DNA of 63,578 nucleotides, counting the filler, from Octopus bimaculoides (lineage: Eukaryota), in the NCBI RefSeq assembly GCF_001194135.2. It is 4 parts of 4 records of this genome, joined end to end, with 100 filler letters (N's around TTAATTAATTAA, not from the genome) between each part and the next. Parts side by side here need not be neighbours in the genome. Positions count along the whole stretch, not along the records: positions 1 to 29,278 come from NC_069000.1; 3 more parts are not named here. One strand, given 5' to 3'. Position numbers and translations under genes: made by a program. The notes beneath the pieces were generated by a model. The model was not told the origin of the DNA. It saw only the letters and a list, made by a program, of their open reading frames with translations, and searched no databases. Of the stretch, positions 1 to 12,191 are shown piece after piece; the stretch's first letter is position 1, and each line of letters opens with the position of its first letter.

Positions 1-39
<39 letters not shown>

Positions 40-100
40 CTTTTAAGTTTTTAACTTTACAACTTACGTCTCTTTACAATTTAACATTTTTTAATTACAG

Positions 101-1636
101 ATTGCTCGAGGATGTCCTCTGGATGGTAACCCCCGCTGACTGTTGATCGGCCCACAACAGGTCCTACCTGAGGATGATGGCACACTGGCTGGACCCCCAA
201 ACCCGTACGAGACAACACGCCATCCTGGCCTGCTCTCGGCTCAGAGGACATCACACTTTTGGTGTTTTCTCCCAGGCCATGGTAGACTCCAATTACAAGT
301 TCCCTCTGTAAGACAAGGTGACCAGGACCACGACGGACAACGGCAAAAGCTTTGTTAAGGAATTTATGCAGTTTGGTACCGAAGTTGAACTCTTGCCAGA
401 CATTTCTGAGGCTGCTGCCGATCTGAACGTGGAGGGCATCGAAGTTGTGAACCTGGACGTGGATCCTGAGGTTGGGGATGTGGACGAAGTTGACTACATT
501 TCTGTTTATGCCATCCTTGACGAGTCTAGCGGCCTGGGCCTAAACCTGCCAGGGCAGATGAAATGCGCACCCCATACCTTCAGCTTGGTAGCCAGCGTGG
601 TCGTCGACAAAGCTCTTGACAGCGCTTCGTTCAAGTCGGGCTTACAGGAAGACCATGTCCAAGGCCCAGCGGCTGTGGAATCTTCAGAACCGCACCACAG
701 TGGTGGCAGACAGCATTCTGGACGCGTTTGAAGAGAAGGTTGGTGGTCCCTTATAGTACCGGATGGAACTCTACCTATGTCTCTATTGTTGTCCTCAACA
801 ACCTACTGGAGAAGAATAATGCAGCTGTCCACAGGGATATGACACAGCTGAAGCTGCAGACGTTCACTTATTCTGATGTCGGCTTCCCGACGGAGTACAT
901 CGAGGTGATGTCTAATGTTGCCAAGGCCTTGGATAAAATCTAAGGGGAGGACCAGGCCTATCTGGGGAGCCTTCTGCCAACTGAAGCGGCTACCGTCATG
1001 AAGTTGAAGGAAGCCAAGTTAAGACACCTCTTGTACTGCAGTCCTCTAGTAGACGCGATACTGGAAGGCATCACGAAAAGGTTTGGGCTCTTCCTAGAAA
1101 ACCTGAAGTACCAGCTGGCCGCTGCTTTCCACTCCAAGTTTCGTCTGTTCAGGCTGGAGCAGTATAATAACAGTCAGGTCAGCAGAGTAACGAACGCCAT
1201 GGAGACCGTCGTAGAGATAGCGCTAATGGAGACCAATGAGGAGGGCAGCCGCACCACCAGCAATGAGAATGAGGAAGATGATTTCTTCAGCAACATCACT
1301 CGGCTTCGGGAGAGCAGGAACCACAGGTCACTGAAATCCGAGGTGCATAACTTGGAGAAGGCCTAGCTGGAGGACGTCTCGAAAGAGGTCCTGACTGAAG
1401 TTGCCTTTCTGGGTGAGCAGGTCTTGATCGACCTGTTCACCAAGTATAACACCGCCATCCCATCTAGTGCTGCAGTTGATCACCTATTCTCTATAGGCAA
1501 AGATATTTTGAGAGCCAAGAGAGCCACCCTGTCAGATGGTAACTTTGGGAGACTGATGTTTATGAAGGGAAACCAGCATCACATCGAGGCGACGGAGAAG
1601 GCCCAGCCAGAGCAGTACACGTTGATCATCATCTAA
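101..1636 (+). pseudogene. Tol2-like hAT transposase, degenerate (stops and frameshifts), 5'-truncated
   Basis: Frame from 102 reads LLEDVLWMVTPADC*SAHNRSYLRMMAHWLD...DKVTRTTTDNGKSFVKEF, then KCAPHTFSLVA (CxxH), STGWNSTY (TRWNS-like), FHSKF and KYNTAIPSSAAVDHLFS...LSDGNFGRLMFMKGN (C-terminal dimerisation domain). Catalytic positions: D at 138-140, D at 336-338, E mutated to D at 1478-1480. Preceded by an intron-like acceptor ttaattacag|101. Confidence 0.9.
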
Positions 1637-1656
1637 CCCTTCCCCACCATCACCGC

Positions 1657-2027
1657 CTGACAACCGGGGTTAGTGTGTTTACGTCCTCGTAAACTAGCGG
1701 TTCGGCAAAAGTTACCGATAAAATAAGTGCCAGGCTTAAGAAACAAGTCCTGGGATCGATTTGTTCAACTAAGACCCTTCAAGGCGGTGCTTCTTATTAT
1801 TTTGCCATTTTCATTTACTTCTTCATTCTCTCGACTTCCATCGGGTTACGCTTCCAACAATAACTTCATCATTAATGACGGCAAAGCTAATCTAATATTC
1901 ATTTCTACTCTAGGTACAAGGCCCGAAATTTTTGGGGAGGGGACCAGTCAATTAGATCGACTCCAGTACGCAACTGGTACTTAATTTATCGATCCCGAAA
2001 GGATGAAAGGCAAAGTCAACCTCGGTG
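1657..2027. mobile_element. Two tRNA-SINE fragments (family A 3' part on +, family B on -)
   Basis: tgacaaccg...gtttacgtcctcgtaactagcggttcggcaaaa...gcggtgct matches the 3' half of the SINE at 62056-62469. 1895-2027 matches the reverse of the family B body (ggtacttaatttatcgaccccgaaaggatgaaaggcaaagtc). Confidence 0.8.
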
Positions 2028-2246
2028 NNNNNNNNNNNNNNNNNNNNNNNNNNNNNNNNNNNNNNNNNNNNNNNNNNNNNNNNNNNNNNNNNNNNNNNNN
2101 NNNNNNNNNNNNNNNNNNNNNNNNNNNNNNNNNNNNNNNNNNNNNNNNNNNNNNNNNNNNNNNNNNNNNNNNNNNNNNNNNNNNNNNNNNNNNNNNNNNN
2201 NNNNNNNNNNNNNNNNNNNNNNNNNNNNNNNNNNNNNNNNNNNNNN

Positions 2247-2285
<39 letters not shown>

Positions 2286-2308
2286 GCACACGCACACATA
2301 CACACACA

Positions 2309-2450
2309 TACGATGGGCTTCTTTCAGTTTCTGTCTACCAAATTCACTCACAAGGCTTTGGTTGGTTTGAGGCTATAGTAGAAGACATTTGCCTAAGGTT
2401 CTACGCAGTGGGACTGAATGCGGAACCATGTGGTTGGTAAGCAAGCTTCT
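2309..2450 (-). mobile_element. tRNA-derived SINE family A, 5' half
   Basis: Reverse complement of the aagcttgcttacc-accacatggttccg...ttgtgagtg-atttggtagac-gaaactgaaagaagccc head that recurs throughout the window. Confidence 0.8.
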
Positions 2451-3507
2451 TATTTCTTTATTGCCCACAAGGGGCTAAACATAGAGGCGACAAATAAGGA
2501 CAGACAAAGGGATTAAGTTGATTACATCGACCCCAGTACGTAACTGCTACTTAATTTATNNNNNNNNNNNNNNNNNNNNNNNNNNNNNNNNNNNNNNNNN
2601 NNNNNNNNNNNNNNNNNNNNNNNNNNNNNNNNNNNNNNNNNNNNNNNNNNNNNNNNNNNNNNNNNNNNNNNNNNNNNNNNNNNNNNNNNNNNNNNNNNNN
2701 NNNNNNNNNNNNNNNNNNNNNNNNNNNNNNNNNNNNNNNNNNNNNNNNNNNNNNNNNNNNNNNNNNNNNNNNNNNNNNNNNNNNNNNNNNNNNNNNNNNN
2801 NNNNNNNNNNNNNNNNNNNNNNNNNNNNNNNNNNNNNNNNNNNNNNNNNNNNNNNNNNNNNNNNNNNNNNNNNNNNNNNNNNNNNNNNNNNNNNNNNNNN
2901 NNNNNNNNNNNNNNNNNNNNNNNNNNNNNNNNNNNNNNNNNNNNNNNNNNNNNNNNNNNNNNNNNNNNNNNNNNNNNNNNNNNNNNNNNNNNNNNNNNNN
3001 NNNNNNNNNNNNNNNNNNNNNNNNNNNNNNNNNNNNNNNNNNNNNNNNNNNNNNNNNNNNNNNNNNNNNNNNNNNNNNNNNNNNNNNNNNNNNNNNNNNN
3101 NNNNNNNNNNNNNNNNNNNNNNNNNNNNNNNNNNNNNNNNNNNNNNNNNNNNNNNNNNNNNNNNNNNNNNNNNNNNNNNNNNNNNNNNNNNNNNNNNNNN
3201 NNNNNNNNNNNNNNNNNNNNNNNNNNNNNNNNNNNNNNNNNNNNNNNNNNNNNNNNNNNNNNNNNNNNNNNNNNNNNNNNNNNNNNNNNNNNNNNNNNNN
3301 NNNNNNNNNNNNNNNNNNNNNNNNNNNNNNNNNNNNNNNNNNNNNNNNNNNNNNNNNNNNNNNNNNNNNNNNNNNNNNNNNNNNNNNNNNNNNNNNNNNN
3401 NNNNNNNNNNNNNNNNNNNNNNNNNNNNNNNNNNNNNNNNNNNNNNNNNNNNNNNNNNNNNNNNNNNNNNNNNNNNNNNNNNNNNNNNNNNNNNNNNNNN
3501 NNNNNNN

Positions 3508-3589
<82 letters not shown>

Positions 3590-6259
3590 ACATACACACA
3601 CATATGGATTTAGAAAATCATGTGGTTATCACAGTAAGCTTCCCATTCGGAGTCGGCTATCAGTCTACGCAGTAATCAATTACTGTGTAATGTAATATGT
3701 CCATGCAACTGAAAATCCAAGAAACCTAAGCGATATTTTTTTTTCCGCGAGGAGAAAATAAAACATAAGATCAGGAGGCGCAAAAGGTGAAGGCAAATTC
3801 ATTACTTCACGATTTCCATATGATCACGTGCGGTTACAGCCGTTTCGTAACGTTCTTCATAAAGTATTGTTAATTGCAGTATACAAAATTATACGTGCTT
3901 GATTGTATCAATATGCATGCTCAACATTATACAGTACAATTGTATATTCAGAAATTAATGCAAATGAAGGTAGTTAGCTCATTAGATCACCGGAACATTA
4001 TGGTTAACCATAATGAAATTGATAATAATACCATATGAAGAAGGTTATGAACGGGATGTAGTCATGTGGAAATCATATGGAGAAATAAATCTGTTTCCAT
4101 TTCTCACACTCACTTTCTGACATTATCATATATATAGATATACATACAATGTCGTGATTAATAATAAATTCTGGTATATTCCATGTTCCATCTTTCATTT
4201 GCCACACACACACACACACACACACATAGTAATAATAACAATAATCCTTGGATGGAAATTATAAACGTTTGATGTAACGCTACGCGCGTTTCCAGAAATG
4301 AAATGTCTCTTAAGGGCACAGCCTGTATAGCTGGGATGGTTACAGTTTAGTCTTTAGTACCCGTGGACATCGGGTAGGTCATCTTGATGCATTCATTTCT
4401 TCAGGTGAACATCAATAGATCATTACCAGAGCGATGTTTATCCCTTTTGAATACGGACTGTGATCTTAAGAAACGTGTGATTTGTGGAAACGCGCATAGC
4501 GATGAATTAAATATTTATGAATTCCATTCTACCATTCCTTTTTCTTTCTTCTGTTTTAACTGTTTTACACTCTTTTCGTTTCTGTTTTCATTTTTTTATT
4601 TATAGTCAAATTCCTTGCTTTTATACATTTGCTTGTGCGATAGAACAGACATAAGAAACAGAAAAACGGTGACAGAATGAATCAACTGTTTCGAGTAAAT
4701 CACTAAATTGATCACCTTGTGTTGCGTACTATTTCTCTCATTTGTACATCTGCACGCATGCCCACATACATATAGACATACATACCTCTTCCATATACAC
4801 ATGTATGTGTGCATGTGTGTGTATGTATGTGAGGCTGGCAGAATCAGTAGAGCACCGGTTAAAATGTTTTGTGGTGGCTTTTACGTTCTAAGTCGAAGTA
4901 TGACATGACATAAGCACTTGTCGATAACAGAACCAATAATATCCTGACTGTGTCGTTCCAACATGGTCACACTACATAAAGCGTAGTGTTGATGATATCG
5001 TCCCCTGATTCGTGACAGATTTGAACTCAGAATGTATGATGTCACCCCGTCCACATATATATATAAACACATATATTTATAAGCCTACATGCATACACAC
5101 ATATACACCCATTTATACATGTACGCATGTATATATACATAAACCTCAATAAACTTGCAAATACATGAAAATGTTAGATCAGAGATATTTACTAAATACC
5201 TTCACTTCAGCAAGTACCAGTCAAAATACTGAAAATCATGCATTCACTCCCATTCATTGGGTCTAAACTTAATCATTTTTTTACCAATAACAATCACTCA
5301 TCCTTACTAGTAGATATCACTGATCTCAATATATTTCCTTTAATAACAAATTCATTAACATTTTCAACATTTTATCTTTCCATGCTTATATAGCAGAGTG
5401 GTTAAATGCTTAGTTATTCATCAGAAGCATTCACATTGTCTTATATATCCCCTCAGCTTTAATCCATTAAAGCTTCCCAAGATATTTACCGTTCCATAAT
5501 GTTGTCCACATAGACTTCCTTAATTTGTCTCTTTCCTTTTTTTTCTTCTTCCCCTGAGCATGTTATATTCATGTCCTTCATCTTTCATCCATTTAAAAGT
5601 TTTAAAATTTCTTCTGACCTTTCAAAGAAAACAATCCACTTGTAAGAATGTCAAAATGGAATAAGTCATGCTCCTCAATTTTTAACTTGAAATGCGTTTC
5701 CAGAAACTCCATTTACTAAGAAAAAATATCTAAAAAATATTTCAGTCACAGGTTGATGCTTGTCGGACGATTTCTTAGCATTTTCTGGGCATGAAACTTA
5801 ACGTAATGACCATGAATCGTCTTTATCGTATAATATATTATTCTACTACTGCATCGGTTATTGTTTGAACTACTTACCGTATTCTTGTTTATTTAAACAC
5901 CCAATATACATACACACACACATACATACATACATACATACATACATATNNNNNNNNNNNNNNNNNNNNNNNNNNNNNNNNNNNNNNNNNNNNNNNNNNN
6001 NNNNNNNNNNNNNNNNNNNNNNNNNNNNNNNNNNNNNNNNNNNNNNNNNNNNNNNNNNNNNNNNNNNNNNNNNNNNNNNNNNNNNNNNNNNNNNNNNNNN
6101 NNNNNNNNNNNNNNNNNNNNNNNNNATGCAAATGGATACGCTTAATTACGTATGAATGCACACTCTCCCGCTCTCACCCCCAAAATTATTTGGGTTTTCT
6201 TCTGCCATTTTCTTCTTTGCATTTCGAGTTTCGGCTAATCTTTTTAAAAACCTCGTTTG

Positions 6260-6290
<31 letters not shown>

Positions 6291-6447
6291 GTTATTGTTG
6301 TTATTTTTGTTGTTGTTCTTGTTCTTGTTGTTGATGATGTTGTAGTTGTTAATTTTTACTTGTTTGCTGTTATATTTGCTCAGTTTGTGCTGTGTTTTAT
6401 TTTTCTTTATAGGTTTTTGGTATTTAAAAAAAGAAAAAAAGATTCTT

Positions 6448-7343
6448 TCATTGAATCGATTCCATTGAGTTTTTCATGGCAAAGTTCGTTTGTGGCGTAA
6501 GAGTTTTATTCTTTTCTTTAGAGAACGAGCACCTTTTCAATTTTCCAAACCACCGACCGAGTGCTGTCATTGGTCGGTCGTATGGTTCTAGTGAGTGCAT
6601 CCACAGGGGCAAAAAGTCCCAGGTTCTCAGTTTTTCGGGTAGATAGCTAGGTAACTTTTTCTGAAGTATGTTCATGATAATCACGATTATAAGGAGCAAA
6701 CCGATCGGACCAAAAACACCAACCCAAGCAGGCCAGCCACCCAAGGACACGACAAACACAAGACCGGGTAACAACAAGAACATAGTGATGAGGTACACAA
6801 TGGCAAACCAACGATATTTTGCTGTTGTATTGCCGAGAGTTTTGCTCAGACCAATGGGAATTTTCCTCAAGTATGGAATCGGATACCAAATGATGATGCC
6901 GCTTACGTTAAAGAACAGATGACAGAACGCAATTCGCAGGGCCAGTTTTAGGCTTTCACCGGATGATGTCATGGCAGCCATAACAGCAGTGAACGTCGTT
7001 CCTATGTTTGCTCCTAGCGTGAGAGGATACATGCGTTTCAAAGAAATCACACCAACGCCAACGAGCGGGGTGAGTGTGGAGGTGAATATGGAACTACTTT
7101 GCACCAGAAACGTCAATGCTGTACCGACAAGAATCGCCAGATAACCGGTTAGAAAACCAAACGGACTGGGTAGTTTGGCGTTGACCATTTTCTTTATAAT
7201 TTTCGCCGTGTTGCCTTTCATTACAGTATGGAGGATTTTTACAATTGATATTAAGCAGAAACACAAGACGACCAACGAAATTACAAGCAGGATCACACCA
7301 ATTAAGGTGTCGTTGAGGGAAGTGTTTGCAAATACGTGGTTAC
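6448..7343 (-). CDS. SLC34A: SLC34 (NaPi-II) sodium-dependent phosphate cotransporter, last coding exon
   Basis: Acceptor tttgcag|7343 (phase 1). Reads (C)NHVFANTSLNDTLIGVILLVIS...FLVQSSSIFTSTLTPLVGVG...YPLTLGANIGTT...HLFFNVSGIIIWYPIP...KYRWFAIVYL...WDFLPLWMHSLEPYD, TGA at 6448-6450. Second QSSS repeat and C-terminal half match NaPi-IIa/b. Confidence 0.97.
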
Positions 7344-7556
7344 CTGCAAAATAGACAAATGAATAAATTAATTAAATAGATAAATAAATAAATAAATGAA
7401 TAAATAAATAATTGCAACTTATATTTGTTGAGACTGTGGCTGACAATGTGCACTTGATACTGATGAAGCTCAACAAAGCAGAAATGCATGGATAACATTC
7501 TAACCACGGCTACTAGATTATTTTTGTCTGCTATTGATATATTTTGTGTTTTTATG

Positions 7557-7675
7557 GTTTTGATCGGCCCGGGGCTGTAGTAGAAGACACTCGTCCAAAG
7601 TGCCACGCAGTGGGACTGAACCTGGAACTATGTGGTTGTGAAGCAAGCTTCTTAATACACAATCACACCTGCGCC
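7557..7675 (-). mobile_element. SINE family A 5' half (SLC34 intron)
   Basis: Reverse complement of ggcgcagg-gtg...aagcttgcttcacaaccacatagttccaggttcagtcccactgcgtggcac. Confidence 0.8.
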
Positions 7676-7733
7676 TGTAATATATATACATATATACATA
7701 TACATATATGCATACATACATACATACATACAT

Positions 7734-7800
<67 letters not shown>

Positions 7801-8539
7801 AACAGATGTGAGCTGGTATGCCCGGAAATTGCATACCTGAGAGAAAATTTACATGATTTTACAAGCCATGAGCATATAAGTCGTTGGACTGGCGAGCTGA
7901 CTGGCCTTCAACCCAGACGGGCAGGTGGTAGTGNNNNNNNNNNNNNNNNNNNNNNNNNNNNNNNNNNNNNNNNNNNNNNNNNNNNNNNNNNNNNNNNNNN
8001 NNNNNNNNNNNNNNNNNNNNNNNNNNNNNNNNNNNNNNNNNNNNNNNNNNNNNNNNNNNNNNNNNNNNNNNNNNNNNNNNNNNNNNNNNNNNNNNNNNNN
8101 NNNNNNNNNNNNNNNNNNNNNNNNNNNNNNNNNNNNNNNNNNNNNNNNNNNNNNNNNNNNNNNNNNNNNNNNNNNNNNNNNNNNNNNNNNNNNNNNNNNN
8201 NNNNNNNNNNNNNNNNNNNNNNNNNNNNNNNNNNNNNNNNNNNNNNNNNNNNNNNNNNNNNNNNNNNNNNNNNNNNNNNNNNNNNNNNNNNNNNNNNNNN
8301 NNNNNNNNNNNNNNNNNNNNNNNNNNNNNNNNNNNNNNNNNNNNNNNNNNNNNNNNATGATGATGATGATGATGATGATGACGATGATGATGATGATGAT
8401 GGTGACGGCAACAATGACAGCGGGGACGATGACGACGATGATGGCTGCGATAATCAAAGCGGTGACAGTTGTTGACAATACTTATGTCGAATGACACGAC
8501 AATGACATTAAAACATCAAATTGCTTTCTTTTCCCTTAC

Positions 8540-8668
8540 ATTTCTTCCAGTCTTTCGTGAGGTTTCCTAGAATTTCTTGCTCTGTACTTGTTAAATTGAC
8601 ATCAGGCTGTGTATTTATTGAACATTCACGTATTGACAAGTTATGAGCCTCTAGCAATTGGGATGAAT
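8540..8668 (-). CDS. SLC34A: SLC34 internal exon encoding the large extracellular loop
   Basis: ttccag|AT TCA...AAG AAA T|gtaagg, 129 bp, phase 1-1. Reads DSSQLLEAHNLSIRECSINTQPDVNLTSTEQEILGNLTKDWKK. The final T joins GT of the last exon to form the conserved Cys. One Cys and three N-x-S/T sequons fit the glycosylated, disulfide-bridged loop of NaPi-II. Confidence 0.75.
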
Positions 8669-8780
8669 CTGGAATAGTAACGAATACATATATATTTAAA
8701 CATACTTGTAGACTACATACAAGGGGACAATTACCCCTGTTTAAGGACAACTGCATATTATATATAGTGAAATATATCTG

Positions 8781-9125
8781 TTTTGTTGTGTCTAGGGAGG
8801 GTCATTACGCCAATATTAATAACACACGCACTGGTTCAGATCCATTCCTTCATTATTAGTCAATTGGTTAAATATTCAACTAATTAACCATTCGATCGTT
8901 TGTTTAACGTTTTTTTGCCATATTTCTTTTGCTGCCATTTGCACCTTTCTCACTGACTTCTCTCCCAGTTCGTTACGGGATTAACTGCTAATTACCAATA
9001 AGTTAAACAAACAACTGATTAGTTAGTTGGATATTTAATCAATTGATTAATAATAAAAGAGTGGAATTGAACCAGTGCGTGCGTAATTAATATTAGCGTA
9101 ATGATCCTCCATAGACGTAACAAAA
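8781..9125. mobile_element. Foldback/MITE-like element with ~125-bp imperfect terminal inverted repeats
   Basis: 8781-8908 (ttttgttgtgtctagggagggtcattacgccaatattaat...ctggttca...tttaac) is the diverged reverse complement of 9002-9125 (gttaaacaaac...tgaaccagtgcg...taatattagcgtaatgatcctccatagacgtaacaaaa). No clear TSD. Confidence 0.75.
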
Positions 9126-9229
9126 TTTGTTTCAACACACGAATTCACATAAAGAATCTTGCAAACCAGATAGAAAAAAAAAATAAGTAGGAACATGTAT
9201 GTGCATTAAATATATTTAACTCTTTAGTG

Positions 9230-9457
9230 CAGTAATCCATCGCCATATCGCGGTTCACCTTTCGCGGTTTATTATTTAAGCTCACGTCGATTCCTCCGTG
9301 GTGTTGTTTTGCATTTATAATTAAATAAATATATACAAACTATAAAAATAATAATAATAAAATATATATACAGTACAGTACTGTTTGTTCTTCGCGGATT
9401 TTCACATATCGCGGGGAATTTTGGAACGTAACACCCGCGATAGTCGAGGAATTACTG
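9230..9457. mobile_element. Tigger/pogo-like MITE
   Basis: Ends cagtaatccatcgccatatcgcgg ... cccgcgatagtcgaggaattactg are inverted repeats starting CAGT, as in Tigger-type TIRs. TA TSDs are degenerate. Confidence 0.65.
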
Positions 9458-9689
9458 TCCAAATAATCTACCTCTTTTATGTTCGAACTGGCCCTATCCA
9501 GCTTCTTACACCTACTCTACAATGTTATTATAAAATTAAACAATTGCAACATTGGAATCTCAAAGCTACGAGATTATGCATAATTATTTCAAAACAATGT
9601 GAATAAACAAGCGTTTTATTTGATAGAGAAATCTGAATACAAAACGGTTATTATATATATATTTAAGTATGTATGCATATTATATACAT

Positions 9690-9760
<71 letters not shown>

Positions 9761-10049
9761 NNNNNNNNNNNNNNNNNNNNNNNNNNNNNNNNNNNNNNNN
9801 NNNNNNNNNNNNNNNNNNNNNNNNNNNNNNNNNNNNNNNNNNNNNNNNNNNNNNNNNNNNNNNNNNNNNNNNNNNNNNNNNNNNNNNNNNNNNNNNNNNN
9901 NNNNNNNNNNNNNNNNNNNNNNNNNNNNNNNNNNNNNNNNNNNNNNNNNNNNNNNNNNNNNNNNNNNNNNNNNNNNNNNNNNNNNNNNNNNNNNNGCAGT
10001 TACTGTTTACACCTCGCACAGAAATTTATTATATATATATATATATACG

Positions 10050-10093
<44 letters not shown>

Positions 10094-10096
<3 letters not shown>

Positions 10097-10466
10097 CGTG
10101 GTACTCCGTCAGTTACGACGACGAGGTTTCCAGTTGATCCGATCAACGGAACAGCCTGCTCGTGAAATTAACTTGCAAGTGGCTGAGCACTCCACAGACA
10201 CGTGTACCCTTAACGTAGTTCTCGGGGAAATTCAGCGGGACACAGAGTGTGACAAGGCTGGTTCTTTGAAAATACAGGTACAGTTGAAACAGGAATAAAG
10301 AGTGAAACTTGTGGTGAAAGAGTACAGCAGGGTTCGCCACCATCCCTTGCCGGAGCCTCGTGGAGATTTAGGTGTTTCCGCTCAATAAACACTCACAACG
10401 CCCAATCTGGGAATCGAAACCACGATCTTACAACCGCGAGTCCGCTGCCCTAACCAGTGACCCATT
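10094..10466 (-). mobile_element. tRNA-derived SINE with (AC)n tail
   Basis: Minus strand begins gtggaggcgcaatgggtcactggttagggcagcggactcgcgg...gtggtttcgattccc (A/B-box-like) and ends cgtaactgacggagtaccac followed by (AC)n. Confidence 0.8.
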
Positions 10467-10540
10467 GCGCCTCCACTATGTTACATATATTTGAAGAAGC
10501 AAGAATATTAGATATATTTCAACCACTAAGTTATGGGGAC

Positions 10541-10828
10541 GTAACTGGTACTTAATTTATCGACCCCGAAAGGATGAAAGGCAAAGTCGACCACGGTGGT
10601 GTTTGAACTCAGAACGTAACGGCAGACGAAATGCCGCTAAGCATTTCGCCCGGCGTGCTAACGGTTCTGCCATCTCGCCGCCTTCTTTACATCCTGAGTT
10701 CAAATCCTTATAAGGTCAACTTTGCCTTTCATCCTTTCGGAGTCAATAAAATAAATACCCGCTGAATACTGGGGTCGATGTAATCGACTAGTTCCCTCCT
10801 ACCAAACATTTCAGGCCCTGTGCTTATT
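10541..10828. mobile_element. Head-to-head pair of SINE family B copies
   Basis: 10541-10684 on minus and 10685-10828 on plus. aggatgaaaggcaaagtcgacc is complementary to ggtcaactttgcctttcatcct. Confidence 0.8.
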
Positions 10829-11602
10829 NNNNNNNNNNNNNNNNNNNNNNNNNNNNNNNNNNNNNNNNNNNNNNNNNNNNNNNNNNNNNNNNNNNNNNNN
10901 NNNNNNNNNNNNNNNNNNNNNNNNNNNNNNNNNNNNNNNNNNNNNNNNNNNNNNNNNNNNNNNNNNNNNNNNNNNNNNNNNNNNNNNNNNNNNNNNNNNN
11001 NNNNNNNNNNNNNNNNNNNNNNNNNNNNNNNNNNNNNNNNNNNNNNNNNNNNNNNNNNNNNNNNNNNNNNNNNNNNNNNNNNNNNNNNNNNNNNNNNNNN
11101 NNNNNNNNNNNNNNNNNNNNNNNNNNNNNNNNNNNNNNNNNNNNNNNNNNNNNNNNNNNNNNNNNNNNNNNNNNNNNNNNNNNNNNNNNNNNNNNNNNNN
11201 NNNNNNNNNNNNNNNNNNNNNNNNNNNNNNNNNNNNNNNNNNNNNNNNNNNNNNNNNNNNNNNNNNNNNNNNNNNNNNNNNNNNNNNNNNNNNNNNNNNN
11301 NNNNNNNNNNNNNNNNNNNNNNNNNNNNNNNNNNNNNNNNNNNNNNNNNNNNNNNNNNNNNNNNNNNNNNNNNNNNNNNNNNNNNNNNNNNNNNNNNNNN
11401 NNNNNNNNNNNNNNNNNNNNNNNNNNNNNNNNNNNNNNNNNNNNNNNNNNNNNNNNNNNNNNNNNNNNNNNNNNNNNNNNNNNNNNNNNNNNNNNNNNNN
11501 NNNNNNNNNNNNNNNNNNNNNNNNNNNNNNNNNNNNNNNNNNNNNNNNNNNNNNNNNNNNNNNNNNNNNNNNNNNNNNNNNNNNNNNNNNNNNNNNNNNN
11601 NN

Positions 11603-11635
<33 letters not shown>

Positions 11636-12010
11636 AAGTTTCCTCCTGAGCCACAAGCTCATAAGATCGGTTTCCTAGAATCTATGGTGTATATATTTCC
11701 GCTTCTGGACAGGCCACCTGACAGGCGGCTGTGTAGTCTGAACCAACACGAAACAATGTTTTGCTCAAGAACACAACGCCTCACTCGGTCCAGGAATTGA
11801 AACCACAATCTTACGATCATGACTCCAACACTCCAACCATAATAAAGCCACACGCCTCCACTGGCCTTTAGCCTAAAAGTTCGCTATCGATCCACGATCG
11901 CTTTTCTGTTTAATACTTTCCTATAACTATTAGCGACAGAAGAAGTATTAGTGCTAAAAGGTAATATTTATCTCCACTTAAACGTGGATGTTGTGTGCTG
12001 GAACATAAAA

Positions 12011-12191
12011 TACTGCGATAGCTTTCATGCGAGAACCCCTCATATGGACTTTTGGTGCATATAAGCATTCTTGTTTATATCACTAGCGGTAGACAACTTG
12101 CCGACATGTCTCCCGCTAGCGATATAAATAAGGGTGCTTATATGCACCGCAAGTCCACGTGAGAGGTTCTTTCATGATAATTATCGCAGTA
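12011..12191. mobile_element. Hairpin MITE, TA-flanked (Tc1/mariner type)
   Basis: TA-ctgcgata...cactagcgg-t-agaca / 11-nt loop / tgtct-c-ccgctagcg...tatcgcag-TA. Arms of ~85 nt pair almost throughout. Confidence 0.85.

Noticed and set aside
2518-3675. Long ORFs spanning N runs (also 7708-8475, 10820-11800, 22811-24145, 31760-32614, 50136-51094)
   Set aside because: They are open only because Ns and dinucleotide repeats contain no stops.
8701-8756. In-frame upstream extension (LSLNRGNCPLVCSLQ) as the missing SLC34 exon
   Set aside because: No similarity to the expected LDK--I--IA segment.
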